A stretch of 64,000 nt of DNA from Dehalococcoidia bacterium (GTDB taxonomy: Bacteria; Chloroflexota; Dehalococcoidia; Lucifugimonadales; UBA3495): contig DAOUHE010000178.1 of NCBI GenBank assembly GCA_034428715.1, positions 27,365 to 91,364 on the forward strand. The letters run 5' to 3'. The notes beneath the pieces are model-generated. The model worked only from the letters and a program-made list of their open reading frames with translations. It was not told where the DNA came from and did no database searches. Both the position numbers and the translations under genes were made by a program. Shown here piece by piece: positions 27,587 through 36,641 of this stretch; the first letter of the stretch is position 1; each line of letters starts with the position of its first letter.

Positions 27587-28288
27587 CTAGCTTGGCTGGG
27601 CGGCCATGGGGAGCGGCAGGTCCCGGGCCGCGGAATAGATCTTGCCAACCTGCTCATTGGTTCCGGCCACCACCAATACATCACCCGGTTTGATCTCTTC
27701 GTCTTTAGCCGGATGCAGTATGTAGCTGCGGGCGCGGCGTATAGCCAAAACAGCCACCGTGTCGTGCTCTCCGGACCCGCTGAGCCCCACTTCTTCCAGG
27801 GTACGGTTCAGCATTTGTTCCGGTGGATGCACTTTACTGATGCCGAAGTTAGGGACGATGGGCATATAGTCCACGATCCCGGCTTCAAATCCAACGTGAA
27901 CCGCCCGCCTGGCGCTTTCCATCTCTGGAAAAACAACCTTGTCGGCCCCCACCCGTTCCAGTGTCTCTCCGTGAAGTTCGTTGGCGGCCCGGGCTATGAT
28001 GTAGGGAATTCCCAAGTCCTTGACCAAAACGGTGATCAGGATGCTGGCCTGTACGTTGTCGCTGCCCAGCGCAACCACGACCACGTCGAAGTCGGCCACA
28101 TCCAACTCCCGCAAGACCGACTCGCTGGAAGCGTTGGCCCGGACCGCATAGGTCACATGGCCCAGCATTTCCTGGATCTTGGTCTCGTCCAGGTCGATGG
28201 CCAGCACATCGTGGCCTGACTGGTACAATTCCCTGGCAACGGTGCCCCCGAACCTCCCCAGTCCAATGACACAAACCTGTTTCTTCAC
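27587..28288 (-). CDS. trkA: Trk/Ktr system K+ uptake protein TrkA/KtrA, with a canonical GxGxxG.
   Basis: VCVIGLGRFGGTVARELYQSGHDVLAIDLD, plus a TrkA-C region. Confidence 0.9.
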   Translation of the reverse strand: MKKQVCVIGLGRFGGTVARELYQSGHDVLAIDLDETKIQEMLGHVTYAVRANASSESVLRELDVADFDVVVVALGSDNVQASILITVLVKDLGIPYIIARAANELHGETLERVGADKVVFPEMESARRAVHVGFEAGIVDYMPIVPNFGISKVHPPEQMLNRTLEEVGLSGSGEHDTVAVLAIRRARSYILHPAKDEEIKPGDVLVVAGTNEQVGKIYSAARDLPLPMAAQPS

Positions 28289-28299
28289 GCGACCCTCCG

Positions 28300-29757
28300 T
28301 TAGCCTATTTTAACCCTTTCCCTGGCAAAACGGTATATCGATGCCTCTTCCCTGGGCGCTAATGTCAGGGCCAATGTCACCGGTCCCAGCCGGCCGATAA
28401 ACATGGCCGCCATGAAGATGATCTTGCCAGCCAAGCTCAAATCGGGCGTGATCCCAGTGGAAGCGCCCGTGGTTCCCAAGGCAGAGACGGTGTCGAAAAA
28501 GAGATATAAGAACGGGACATCTGGGTCCGTCAGGGTCAAGAACGGCACTGTGATGGCTATGAAACCCATGCCCAGCGCGGCCACCGTTATCGCCCGGTAC
28601 AACTGGGATTGGGTGATCTCCCGGCCAAAAGCTTCGGCCTGGGAGCGCTGCCGCAGTGACGAGACCACGGCGGCGACGATTATGGCGAAGGTGACCACTT
28701 TGATCCCACCTGCCACCGAGCTCGCCGCCCCCCCGATGAACATAAGACCAGAATAGGTCATTTTGGTCACATCTTGCACATCGCGGAATTCCATGGTGGA
28801 AAACCCTGCCGTTCGGCCGCTCACCGACTGGAATATCCCGCCGATGATCTTGTCGAACCAGCTCAATTGCCCCAGGGTGTCTGGGTTGGCCCATTCGGCC
28901 ACCAACAGCACGGCGGCGCCCAAGGCCCACAGGGAAAGACTGGTCACCACCACCAGCTTGGTGTCCAGGCTGAAGCGGATGAACCGGTGGTTTCGGTAAA
29001 TGTCTACCAGCACCGTCCAGCCCAAGCCGCCCAAGATCATAAGCGCCGCGGTGATCAGGAGCAGTAAAGGAGATTCGGCGAACCGGGCCAGACTGCTGCC
29101 GCCGGGGAGTTCAGGCAGTATGTTGAAACCCGCGTTGTTGAACGACGACACCGAAAGGAACAGGGAATGCCACAACGCTTTCCCCAGGCCCAGCTCTGGA
29201 AGGCTGTGGACCCGCCAGAAGATCGCAAGGGTCCCCAGGGCGTAAAGGGAGAACACCAGCATCACCACGCGGCGTCCGATGCGCCGCAATCCCTGGAACT
29301 GCTCTACGCCCACCGTGTCTTGCATCAACCCTTGGGTGATCATCCGCTCTTGCAAGGTGGACCGGTGGCCGATGAGCAACAGAAGGAATGTGCTGACCAC
29401 CATGAAGCCCAAGCCTCCCACCAGCATCAAGGTGAATATCAATGCCTGGCCAAATCCACTCCAATAGGTCCCGGTGCTGACCACGGTGTGGCCGGTGACC
29501 GTCAGGGCTGAAACAGCCGTGAAAAATGAAGTGTCCAGGGAGGTATATTCACCGCTGTTGCTGGATATTGGCAGGGCCAGAAGGAGCCCTCCCACCCAAA
29601 TAAGGCCTATGAAGCCTAGCAAGAGCATCAATGGTGAACCAAATAGCCGCTGCGGCACCCTCAAGGGCGGAGCCTCCGCGATGGTGGGACGCAGTTCCCT
29701 CATCCGCGGCTGGCGGATCACCGAATCCCGGCGCCGCTGGGGTGGTATCAATGCCAC
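28300..29757 (-). CDS. trkH: TrkH/KtrB family cation (K+) transporter.
   Basis: 485-aa polytopic ORF with repeated selectivity-filter-like segments (SALTVTGHT, SFNNAGF, SGRTAGFST, LGTTGAS). GTG start at 29757; ATG 29703 is an alternative. Confidence 0.9.
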   Translation of the reverse strand: MALIPPQRRRDSVIRQPRMRELRPTIAEAPPLRVPQRLFGSPLMLLLGFIGLIWVGGLLLALPISSNSGEYTSLDTSFFTAVSALTVTGHTVVSTGTYWSGFGQALIFTLMLVGGLGFMVVSTFLLLLIGHRSTLQERMITQGLMQDTVGVEQFQGLRRIGRRVVMLVFSLYALGTLAIFWRVHSLPELGLGKALWHSLFLSVSSFNNAGFNILPELPGGSSLARFAESPLLLLITAALMILGGLGWTVLVDIYRNHRFIRFSLDTKLVVVTSLSLWALGAAVLLVAEWANPDTLGQLSWFDKIIGGIFQSVSGRTAGFSTMEFRDVQDVTKMTYSGLMFIGGAASSVAGGIKVVTFAIIVAAVVSSLRQRSQAEAFGREITQSQLYRAITVAALGMGFIAITVPFLTLTDPDVPFLYLFFDTVSALGTTGASTGITPDLSLAGKIIFMAAMFIGRLGPVTLALTLAPREEASIYRFARERVKIG

Positions 29758-29902
29758 GGCCAGCCTCCCCGGTCGGGGAAAAGGGAAACCCGGGGCAACG
29801 GGAGACTCGCAACAGATGGAGCATTAATCCAGAGAAGCGCCAAAGCTCTAAATTCGGCCTGAGGCCAGTGATGAGGAGAGTGAGGCATCGACATTTGGGC
29901 CA

Positions 29903-29935
29903 GGGAATTCTCCGGGAATTCCTTGAGGAATTCTA
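29903..29935. promoter_or_regulatory. Three phased GGAATTC palindromes, a candidate operator array.
   Basis: GGAATTC at 29904-29910, 29915-29921 and 29928-29934, in the divergent trkH / leuS intergenic region. Confidence 0.3.
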
Positions 29936-30190
29936 CGGAACCGGCGGGACTCCAGCACCTCTGATTCGAAAAAACTGGGGATTCTAAACTCGGCTATAGG
30001 TTGCCGGTCTATCCAGGTCAACGGATTCTAGATTCTTGACCCCGGTATGTCAACGCCGGGCGAGCGGCGTTTCTGGTAACTATGTCTACGGCGGCTAAAT
30101 TGTGCACGGTTGAGCGGTGGCCGCCCGAAGACCCCCGGGCTTCTTATGCTAAGATATCCCCCAGTTTCAGGTACCTAGAGGTGACCAAAT

Positions 30191-32665
30191 ATGACGACCC
30201 GCTACCGGCAGGTTGAGCTACGTTACAACCCTGTCGAAATCGACCGGAAATGGCAGGAGCGTTGGGATAAGGACGGTCTGCACCGGGTGGGCAACCAAGA
30301 CCCGCGGCCCAAGTGGTACGAGATGACGATGTATCCTTATCCCTCTGGCGACCTGCACATCGGCCACTGGTACGCCATGGCCCCGGCCGATTGCCACGCC
30401 CGCTTCCGGCGGATGCAAGGATATAACGTGTTGCATCCCATCGGTTTCGACGCCTTTGGCCTGCCGGCGGAAAACGCCGCCATTAGCCGGGGCATACATC
30501 CCCAGATATGGACCATGGACAACATCGAAAATATGCGCCGTCAACTCCGGTCCATCGGCGCCATCTACGATTGGAGCCGGGAGATCATTTGCTGCGTTCC
30601 GGAATTCTACCGCTGGAGCCAGTGGTTGTTTTTGAAGTTCTACCAAGAAGGCCTGGCTTACCACGGCAAGGCGCCGGTGGTTTGGTGCCCCTCGTGCCAA
30701 ACGGTGTTGGCCCACGAGCAGGTGGTCAACGGCGCCTGTGAGCGCTGCGATACCGTCATCACCCGCCGTGACCTGGAACAGTGGTTCTTCCGCATCACTA
30801 AATACGCCGACCGCTTACTGGACTTTGATGGCCTTGAAGACTGGCCCACCAAGATATTGACCATGCAGCAAAACTGGATCGGCCGCAGCGAAGGCGTGGA
30901 TATCAGCTTCGACATAAGCTCCCACGGTCTCGATGAGAAAGAGATACGTACTTTCACAACTCGTATCGACACAATCATGGGGGTGACGTTCATAGTTCTG
31001 GCGCCGGAGCATCCCCTGGTGGAGCAACTGACCGCCGATGAGCGGCGGACCGAAGTGGAAGCCTACATTGAGCAGGCGCGGCGGACATCGGAGATCGACC
31101 GCCTTTCCACTGATTCGGAAAAAACCGGAGTTTTTGTGGGCTCTTACGCCGTTAACCGGTTGAACGGCGAACGAGTCCCCATCTACATCGGCGATTATGT
31201 TTTGGTCACCTACGGTACCGGCGCCGTTATGGGTGTGCCCGCCCACGATGCCCGGGACTTTGTGTTTGCCAAGAAGTACGGGCTGCCCGTGCGCATCGTC
31301 ATCGCCCCAATAACCTGGGATGGCAAAGAGTTGTCCGAAGCGTTCCTGGGGGATGGGTTCATGACCAATTCGGGCAAATATGAAGGTATGACCAACGAAG
31401 AGGGTATTGAGGCTATTGCCTCGGACATCGAGAAAAACGGTTGGGGCAGCCGCACCGTGTCCTACCGGCTTCGCGACTGGATAATCTCCCGTCAGCGGTA
31501 TTGGGGAACACCCATTCCAATGTTATATTGCGACGCTTGCGGAATAGTGCCGGTTCCCGAGGAAGACCTTCCGGTGCTCTTGCCGCCCGATGCTGAATTC
31601 AAACCCACGGGCGAATCACCTCTGGCTTTGAACGCCGAGTTTGTGAACACCATCTGTCCTCAGTGTCAGGGTCCGGCACGGCGCGAGACCGACACCATGG
31701 ACACATTCTTCGATTCGTCGTGGTACATGCTCAGATACCTGAGCCACCATTTTGAAGATGGCCCATTTGAACCCGAACTGGCCAAAACCTGGATGCCGGT
31801 GGACCAGTACACCGGGGGCGCGGAACATGCCGTGATGCACCTGCTTTACTCGCGCTTCTTTATCAAAGGGATGCACGACATGGGCATCGTGGATTTCGAC
31901 GAGCCGTTTCTACGTTTGTTTAACCAGGGTGTGATCCTTGGCGAAGACCACGAAAAGATGAGCAAGAGCCGGGGCAACGTGGTCAACCCCGACGACGTGG
32001 TGGGCCAACTGGGCGCCGATGCCGTCCGCTGCTTCTTGATGTTCATCGGACCTTGGGACCAGGGTGGCCCTTGGAGCGACGTGGGCATCAACGGCACGGC
32101 CCGCTGGCTCAACCGGGTGTGGGACATGGTAGAACGCGATCCTGAGGAATTGCCTTTGGAGCCTGTTGACGAAACCGTCCGCCAGACGCAGCGCATGCTA
32201 CATCAAACCATGCGCAAATGTTTCAACGATCTGGATAAATTCAAGTTCAACACGGCCATCGCTTCGTTGATGGAGTTTTCCAACCACCTTAACAAGGTGT
32301 GGGCCGACTCCAGCATCGATTCAGCCACCTGGCGGGAGTGTGTCGAAAAGTTCCTACTGATGCTCGCCCCAATTGCGCCCCACGTCACCGAGGAGTTGTG
32401 GGAGCGTAAGGGTCTTCCATACAGCATCCACCAGCAAAGCTTCCCTACCTGGGACGATGATCTGGCGGCCGATGACTTGATCACCCTGGTGGTGCAGGTC
32501 AACGGCAAGGTCCGGGACCGGTTGGAAGTGCCGGCGGATATCGATGAAGCAACCGCGCAGGCGCAGGCGTTGGCCAGCCCCAAGGTCCAGACCTACACCC
32601 AGGGCAAGTCAGTCACCAAGACCGTTTACGTCCCTGGCCGCCTGGTAAACCTGGTGGTGGTGTAA
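30191..32665 (+). CDS. leuS: Leucine--tRNA ligase.
   Basis: 824-aa ORF with YPSGDLHIGHWY (HIGH) and KMSKSRGN (KMSKS). Confidence 0.96.
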   Translation: MTTRYRQVELRYNPVEIDRKWQERWDKDGLHRVGNQDPRPKWYEMTMYPYPSGDLHIGHWYAMAPADCHARFRRMQGYNVLHPIGFDAFGLPAENAAISRGIHPQIWTMDNIENMRRQLRSIGAIYDWSREIICCVPEFYRWSQWLFLKFYQEGLAYHGKAPVVWCPSCQTVLAHEQVVNGACERCDTVITRRDLEQWFFRITKYADRLLDFDGLEDWPTKILTMQQNWIGRSEGVDISFDISSHGLDEKEIRTFTTRIDTIMGVTFIVLAPEHPLVEQLTADERRTEVEAYIEQARRTSEIDRLSTDSEKTGVFVGSYAVNRLNGERVPIYIGDYVLVTYGTGAVMGVPAHDARDFVFAKKYGLPVRIVIAPITWDGKELSEAFLGDGFMTNSGKYEGMTNEEGIEAIASDIEKNGWGSRTVSYRLRDWIISRQRYWGTPIPMLYCDACGIVPVPEEDLPVLLPPDAEFKPTGESPLALNAEFVNTICPQCQGPARRETDTMDTFFDSSWYMLRYLSHHFEDGPFEPELAKTWMPVDQYTGGAEHAVMHLLYSRFFIKGMHDMGIVDFDEPFLRLFNQGVILGEDHEKMSKSRGNVVNPDDVVGQLGADAVRCFLMFIGPWDQGGPWSDVGINGTARWLNRVWDMVERDPEELPLEPVDETVRQTQRMLHQTMRKCFNDLDKFKFNTAIASLMEFSNHLNKVWADSSIDSATWRECVEKFLLMLAPIAPHVTEELWERKGLPYSIHQQSFPTWDDDLAADDLITLVVQVNGKVRDRLEVPADIDEATAQAQALASPKVQTYTQGKSVTKTVYVPGRLVNLVVV

Positions 32666-32689
32666 CTTCAGAATTAACTCAAGGCCAGG

Positions 32690-34198
32690 ATGGTCTTAAC
32701 GCATGGATTGGGAGTGTGGATGATTGATGTTGAGCGAGTCTTTCAACGTCTAGCAGGCGGGACTGCCGCTCCGGCCATCAAAAGTGGATGGGTGTACCGG
32801 TACGCTCACTCTCCCATCTCATTGTGGTGCGATCTGCGCGCCCCCGAGGACCGTAAAGACCCAATTCCTCAGTTCACCCAGTATCTCTTTGAACAGGGAA
32901 TAAAGCACGAAGCGGCCGCGACGGCCGAATTTTTCCCGGGAGCCCTGCGCGAGTTCTACTCGACCGAAGCGGAAGGTTTTCGGCGCACCCTGGAAATGAT
33001 GGCCGAAGGGGCTGCCTCCATTCAAAACATGCCGTTGTTGGGTGGACTGGCGGGGCTTGAAGGCCGTCCCGACGTTCTGGAACGGATTGACGGAGTCCCT
33101 TCGGACCTGGGCGATTACAGTTACCGGGTGGTGGAGATCAAGTTTGCCCGCCGGATTGGACAAGGCCATATTCTGCAGGCGGCGGCCTATAACCGGTTGT
33201 TAGGTCTGGCTCAGGGATATGAACCGGAAGAATTCGCCGTTTTAAACGGAGATTTCCAGGTTCTTCCCTATGACATGTCCGAGTGGGACGGCAAGCTGGA
33301 TCAAGCGTTGGATGCCATCAGAGAGATATTGAACGGCGGCTTGGTGACGCCTTGTTACGGGGCCGCCGAATGGCCTTGGACGAGCTACGTCAACCAACTG
33401 GCGGTCCAGAACAATGACGTCACCTTGCTCACTGGCATCGGCGCCGCCAGACGTTCAAACATGGTGAACGCGGGCTTTAGCCGGGTGGATCAGGTCGCCG
33501 CTGCCGATGAAAGTGCGCTGATGGAAATCAATGGTATTGGCTCGAAGACCGCGTCGATGCTCAGGGCTGCGGCTCAGGCACTGGAAGAAGGCCGGGTGAT
33601 CCGCCGGGAGACGACCCCAGAGATACCGCGGGGCCGCACCGAGGTATTTTTTGACTTTGAGGGCACCGATCCTCAGATGGGATCGGAAGGTTTGGAGGTT
33701 ACGAACTATCTCATCGGCAATATTTGGCGCACCGCCAACGGAACGCCCGATTTCATGCCCTTCTTCGCGGACGTCTCCCCCGCCGAAGAAGCGAACCTCC
33801 GCGCCTTCTTGGGTTGGGCTAACTCGTTGGACGACCCGGTCTTCTACCATTGGCATTCCTACGAACTCACCCACTTGAAGAAGATGGGCGAGTTTTACCA
33901 AGTCGACCCTGCTCAACTGGAATGGGTCACCGGCCGGATGGTTAACTTGGTCCCGCCGGTGACGGATTCGTTTGCCTTCCCGTGCTACGGGAGAGGCTTA
34001 AAGGATATTGCCAAGTCCTTAGGTTTTCGGTGGCGGCAGGATGATGTGGACGGAGCCGGATCCGTCGTATTATTTCGCCGTTTCGTGGATTCCGGCGGCG
34101 CCGATTTGGAAACCAAGCGGAAGATCCTGATCTACAATGAAGACGATTGCCTGGCCACCATGCATGTCTTCGACTGGTTGCTTGCCCAGAAAGAATGA
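32690..34198 (+). CDS. TM0106-family RecB-like putative nuclease (PD-(D/E)xK domain, HhH, RNase H-like exonuclease domain).
   Basis: Contains D...YRVVEIKFAR (a D/ExK-like motif), the HhH segment INGIGSKTASMLRAAA, and VFFDFEGTDP ... YNEDDCLATMHVFDWL, typical of the C-terminal exonuclease-like domain. Confidence 0.65.
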   Translation: MVLTHGLGVWMIDVERVFQRLAGGTAAPAIKSGWVYRYAHSPISLWCDLRAPEDRKDPIPQFTQYLFEQGIKHEAAATAEFFPGALREFYSTEAEGFRRTLEMMAEGAASIQNMPLLGGLAGLEGRPDVLERIDGVPSDLGDYSYRVVEIKFARRIGQGHILQAAAYNRLLGLAQGYEPEEFAVLNGDFQVLPYDMSEWDGKLDQALDAIREILNGGLVTPCYGAAEWPWTSYVNQLAVQNNDVTLLTGIGAARRSNMVNAGFSRVDQVAAADESALMEINGIGSKTASMLRAAAQALEEGRVIRRETTPEIPRGRTEVFFDFEGTDPQMGSEGLEVTNYLIGNIWRTANGTPDFMPFFADVSPAEEANLRAFLGWANSLDDPVFYHWHSYELTHLKKMGEFYQVDPAQLEWVTGRMVNLVPPVTDSFAFPCYGRGLKDIAKSLGFRWRQDDVDGAGSVVLFRRFVDSGGADLETKRKILIYNEDDCLATMHVFDWLLAQKE

Positions 34199-34318
34199 AC
34201 GTCCGATCTTCCCACTGATGTGGTATGGCCTCATGCCTGTGCTAAACTGGGTGGAATTCCAACTGACGATGTTTAACCCCCGAGACTGGCATCCTGATTC
34301 AAGCCTGAAGGAGCTGTC

Positions 34319-35161
34319 ATGACAACCCGAGTGAAACCCCAGGACAAGACGGTAAACGCCAATGGCATCAACATCCATTACCTGGATTGGGGCAACGCCG
34401 GCAAGCCCGACCTGGTGATGATTCACGGGCTCAGGGGACACGCCCATTCCTGGGATGACGTGTCGGCGGCCGTTTGCCAGGATTACCATGTCTTAGCCTT
34501 GGACCAAAGAGGCCGGGGAGAGACCGACTGGGCCAAGGACGGGGACTACTCAACCGATGCCTACGTGGCCGATCTTGATGCATTCCACCAGGCGTTAGGC
34601 TTGGAAAAATTCATCCTGATGGGCCACTCCATGGGCGGCCGAAACAGCATGACCTTCGCCGGAAAGTATCCGGAAAGGTTAGATAAGCTCATCATCGTCG
34701 ACATGGGCCCGGAGACCGACCCCCGGGGCGGCAAGCGGATCACCCAGGAGATAGTCAACGTGCCTGAGGAGTTCGATACCTTCGACGCCGTGGTTGAATA
34801 TATGATGAAGCAGAACCGGTTTGCCTCGGAAACCGTGATGCGCCGACGTCTCCTGTACGCCACCAAAGAACTACCCGATGGCAAGATCGGCTGGCGTTAC
34901 GACCTGGCGATCCGTGAGGCCCGTCGCAACCCGGCTCCTTCCGCTCCCCAGGCCGACCTTTGGCCCGTATTGAACCAAATACCATGTCCCACGCTGGTGG
35001 TTCGTGGCATGGAGACGGACCTGTTGACCCTTGAGACAGCGCAGAGGATGGTTCGGGAATTGCCAAAAGGCGAATTGGTGGAGATCCCCAGCGCCGGCCA
35101 TATGGTGTTTGAAGACAACCCGGAAGATTTCATCACCGCCGTGCGAAAGTTCCTGGGTTGA
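34319..35161 (+). CDS. Alpha/beta hydrolase.
   Basis: Motifs VMIHGLRGHAHSW, GHSMGG and a C-terminal AGHMVFEDNPEDF. Confidence 0.85.
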   Translation: MTTRVKPQDKTVNANGINIHYLDWGNAGKPDLVMIHGLRGHAHSWDDVSAAVCQDYHVLALDQRGRGETDWAKDGDYSTDAYVADLDAFHQALGLEKFILMGHSMGGRNSMTFAGKYPERLDKLIIVDMGPETDPRGGKRITQEIVNVPEEFDTFDAVVEYMMKQNRFASETVMRRRLLYATKELPDGKIGWRYDLAIREARRNPAPSAPQADLWPVLNQIPCPTLVVRGMETDLLTLETAQRMVRELPKGELVEIPSAGHMVFEDNPEDFITAVRKFLG

Positions 35162-35183
35162 CGCCGGGTGGCAAACACCATCG

Positions 35184-35303
35184 TGTGATTCTGGCTCAGC
35201 CGAACATCATCGTCTAATTCTGAGCCAGCCGCCTTTTCGAATGTCATGTTGAGCCAGCCGCCACCTAAATGTCACTCTGAGCCAGCCGCAGCGGCGAAGA
35301 GTC
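35184..35303. repeat. Tandem array of four ~29-bp units with core CTGAGCCAGCCGC.
   Basis: Cores lie at about 35190 (CTGGCTCAGCCG), 35219, 35249 and 35277. The last unit extends into GCAGCGGCGAAGAGTC. Confidence 0.75.
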
Positions 35304-35376
35304 TGGGGCGGCGGCTCCACCCTAAATCCACAATCAACGCCGTTGGGGGAATCCATCCTAACCGGGAGATAAATTA

Positions 35377-36081
35377 ATGCCGCCTGAATCCCCTGGCCAA
35401 GGTCAACCACTGACCCCGGCCGAATTGGCGATGAAAATAGAAGACATATCAACCGGGCCTCCTCCCCAGGGAGATGTTGGTGAAGGTCTGCGGTTCCGCA
35501 CCAGCCGGGGGGAGATCAACAGTATCTTGCACCGCGCGCCAGATGCTGCCCAGGGTGTGGTGTGGGTATGCGGCGCCAGGGGAGGCTTCGGCGGTCCCGG
35601 CCCCGGAATCTACGAACACATGGCCGAGGAGTTTCTCTCCCGGAAGATCACCTCGCTACGCCTGGATTACAGGCTACCCAACGATCTGTCCGAGTGCGCC
35701 CTGGACCTTTTGACCGGAGTCGCGGGCCTCAAGGGCCTGGGCTGCGGACCCGTGGTGGTGGTCGGCCATTCTTTTGGCGGGGCAGTGGTCATCGCCGCCG
35801 CCGCCGCCAGCCCCTACATCTCGGGAGTGGTGTCCCTTTCCCCCCAGACCTACGGCGCCAACGGCGCGCCCCTGATCGCTCCACGACCCCTATTGCTGGT
35901 CCACGGCAAGGCGGACACCCGTCTGCCCTACTCCTGCGCTGTGCAGATACACCAGATGGCTCAGGAGCCCAAAACGCTGGTCCTCTACGAAGGGGCCGAG
36001 CACCGGTTGGAGGAGTGCCGGGATGAACTGCAAGACCTGCTTGGAGAATGGATACCAAGCACCCTGGCCGCGGCCGTCTAA
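35377..36081 (+). CDS. Alpha/beta hydrolase (dienelactone hydrolase-like).
   Basis: 234-aa ORF with VVVGHSFGGAV and LLLVHGKADTRLP. Confidence 0.75.
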   Translation: MPPESPGQGQPLTPAELAMKIEDISTGPPPQGDVGEGLRFRTSRGEINSILHRAPDAAQGVVWVCGARGGFGGPGPGIYEHMAEEFLSRKITSLRLDYRLPNDLSECALDLLTGVAGLKGLGCGPVVVVGHSFGGAVVIAAAAASPYISGVVSLSPQTYGANGAPLIAPRPLLLVHGKADTRLPYSCAVQIHQMAQEPKTLVLYEGAEHRLEECRDELQDLLGEWIPSTLAAAV

Positions 36082-36108
36082 CTTGGGAATTCCCCAAAGG
36101 AGAACATA

Positions 36109-36602
36109 ATGGCTGCCCCCGATTCATTCAGCCATATGGTGGACAGTTCCGGCCAGCCTCTGTCAAAGATGCCCGACTCCATTTTGCCTTCCACAAATGG
36201 GGTTGTGTTCAATAGCCGGGGAGAGGTTTTGCTGCAGAAAAGGGCGGATAACGGCTATTGGGGGCTGCCCGGCGGGAGGGGGACATCGGCGAGTCGGTGG
36301 AGCAGGGTGCCATCCGCGAGGTGTTGGAAGAGACGGGTCTCCACGTCACGGTCAAGCGTTTGATCGGAATTTACTCGGACCCCGAGCAATACTCGATACT
36401 AAGCTACCCTTGGGGCTTGGTGGTCCATTACGTGACGATATTATTTGAATGCGAATACCAGTCCGGCGAGCTTACAGTCTCCGAAGAAAGCACGGATATA
36501 GGTTATTTTCCACCTGACGCCCTCCCTGAAAAAACCATGCTCTCCTACCACCTGCGCATCAAAGACGCCCTGGCGGGCCAGGAGTTGCCCTTTATTCGGT
36601 AG
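36109..36602 (+). pseudogene. Nudix hydrolase interrupted by a 1-nt frameshift inside the Nudix box.
   Basis: ORF 36109-36363 ends with YWGLPGG. ORF 36258-36602, in another frame, continues EGDIGESVEQGAIREVLEETG. Adding one G to the run at 36274-36276 restores GGEGDIGESVEQGAIREVLEETG, which fits GX5EX7REUXEEXGU. Confidence 0.8.
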
Positions 36603-36641
36603 TCCGCCCGCGGTGGCGCCGCTGGTCCGAGGTATCCGTCC

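Noticed and set aside
29758-29990. Possible ydaO-type c-di-AMP riboswitch in the trkH leader, since K+ transporters are classic targets.
   Set aside because: The minus-strand leader lacks the conserved ACGGGGA...CCCA and CCGACAGCUAACCUCGUAAGCG-type strings and the pseudo-twofold architecture. Only generic GC-rich hairpins are present.
30000-30190. Possible T-box leader upstream of leuS. GGUGGCCGCCCG resembles the T-box GGUGGNACCGCG, and a GAAGACCCCCGGGCUUC hairpin follows.
   Set aside because: The leader is short. I could not find Stem I elements (GA/K-turn, AGAGA, AGUA boxes) or a convincing specifier loop. The UGGC bulge would pair with a G discriminator, whereas the tRNA-Leu in this window has an A discriminator. 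There is no U-tract terminator.
35184-35303. Regular ~29-bp periodicity could suggest a mini CRISPR array.
   Set aside because: There are only four units. The conserved core is 13-14 nt, and the 'spacers' are themselves related (TGTCAY strings). There are no cas genes, and the unit matches a dispersed REP-type element.
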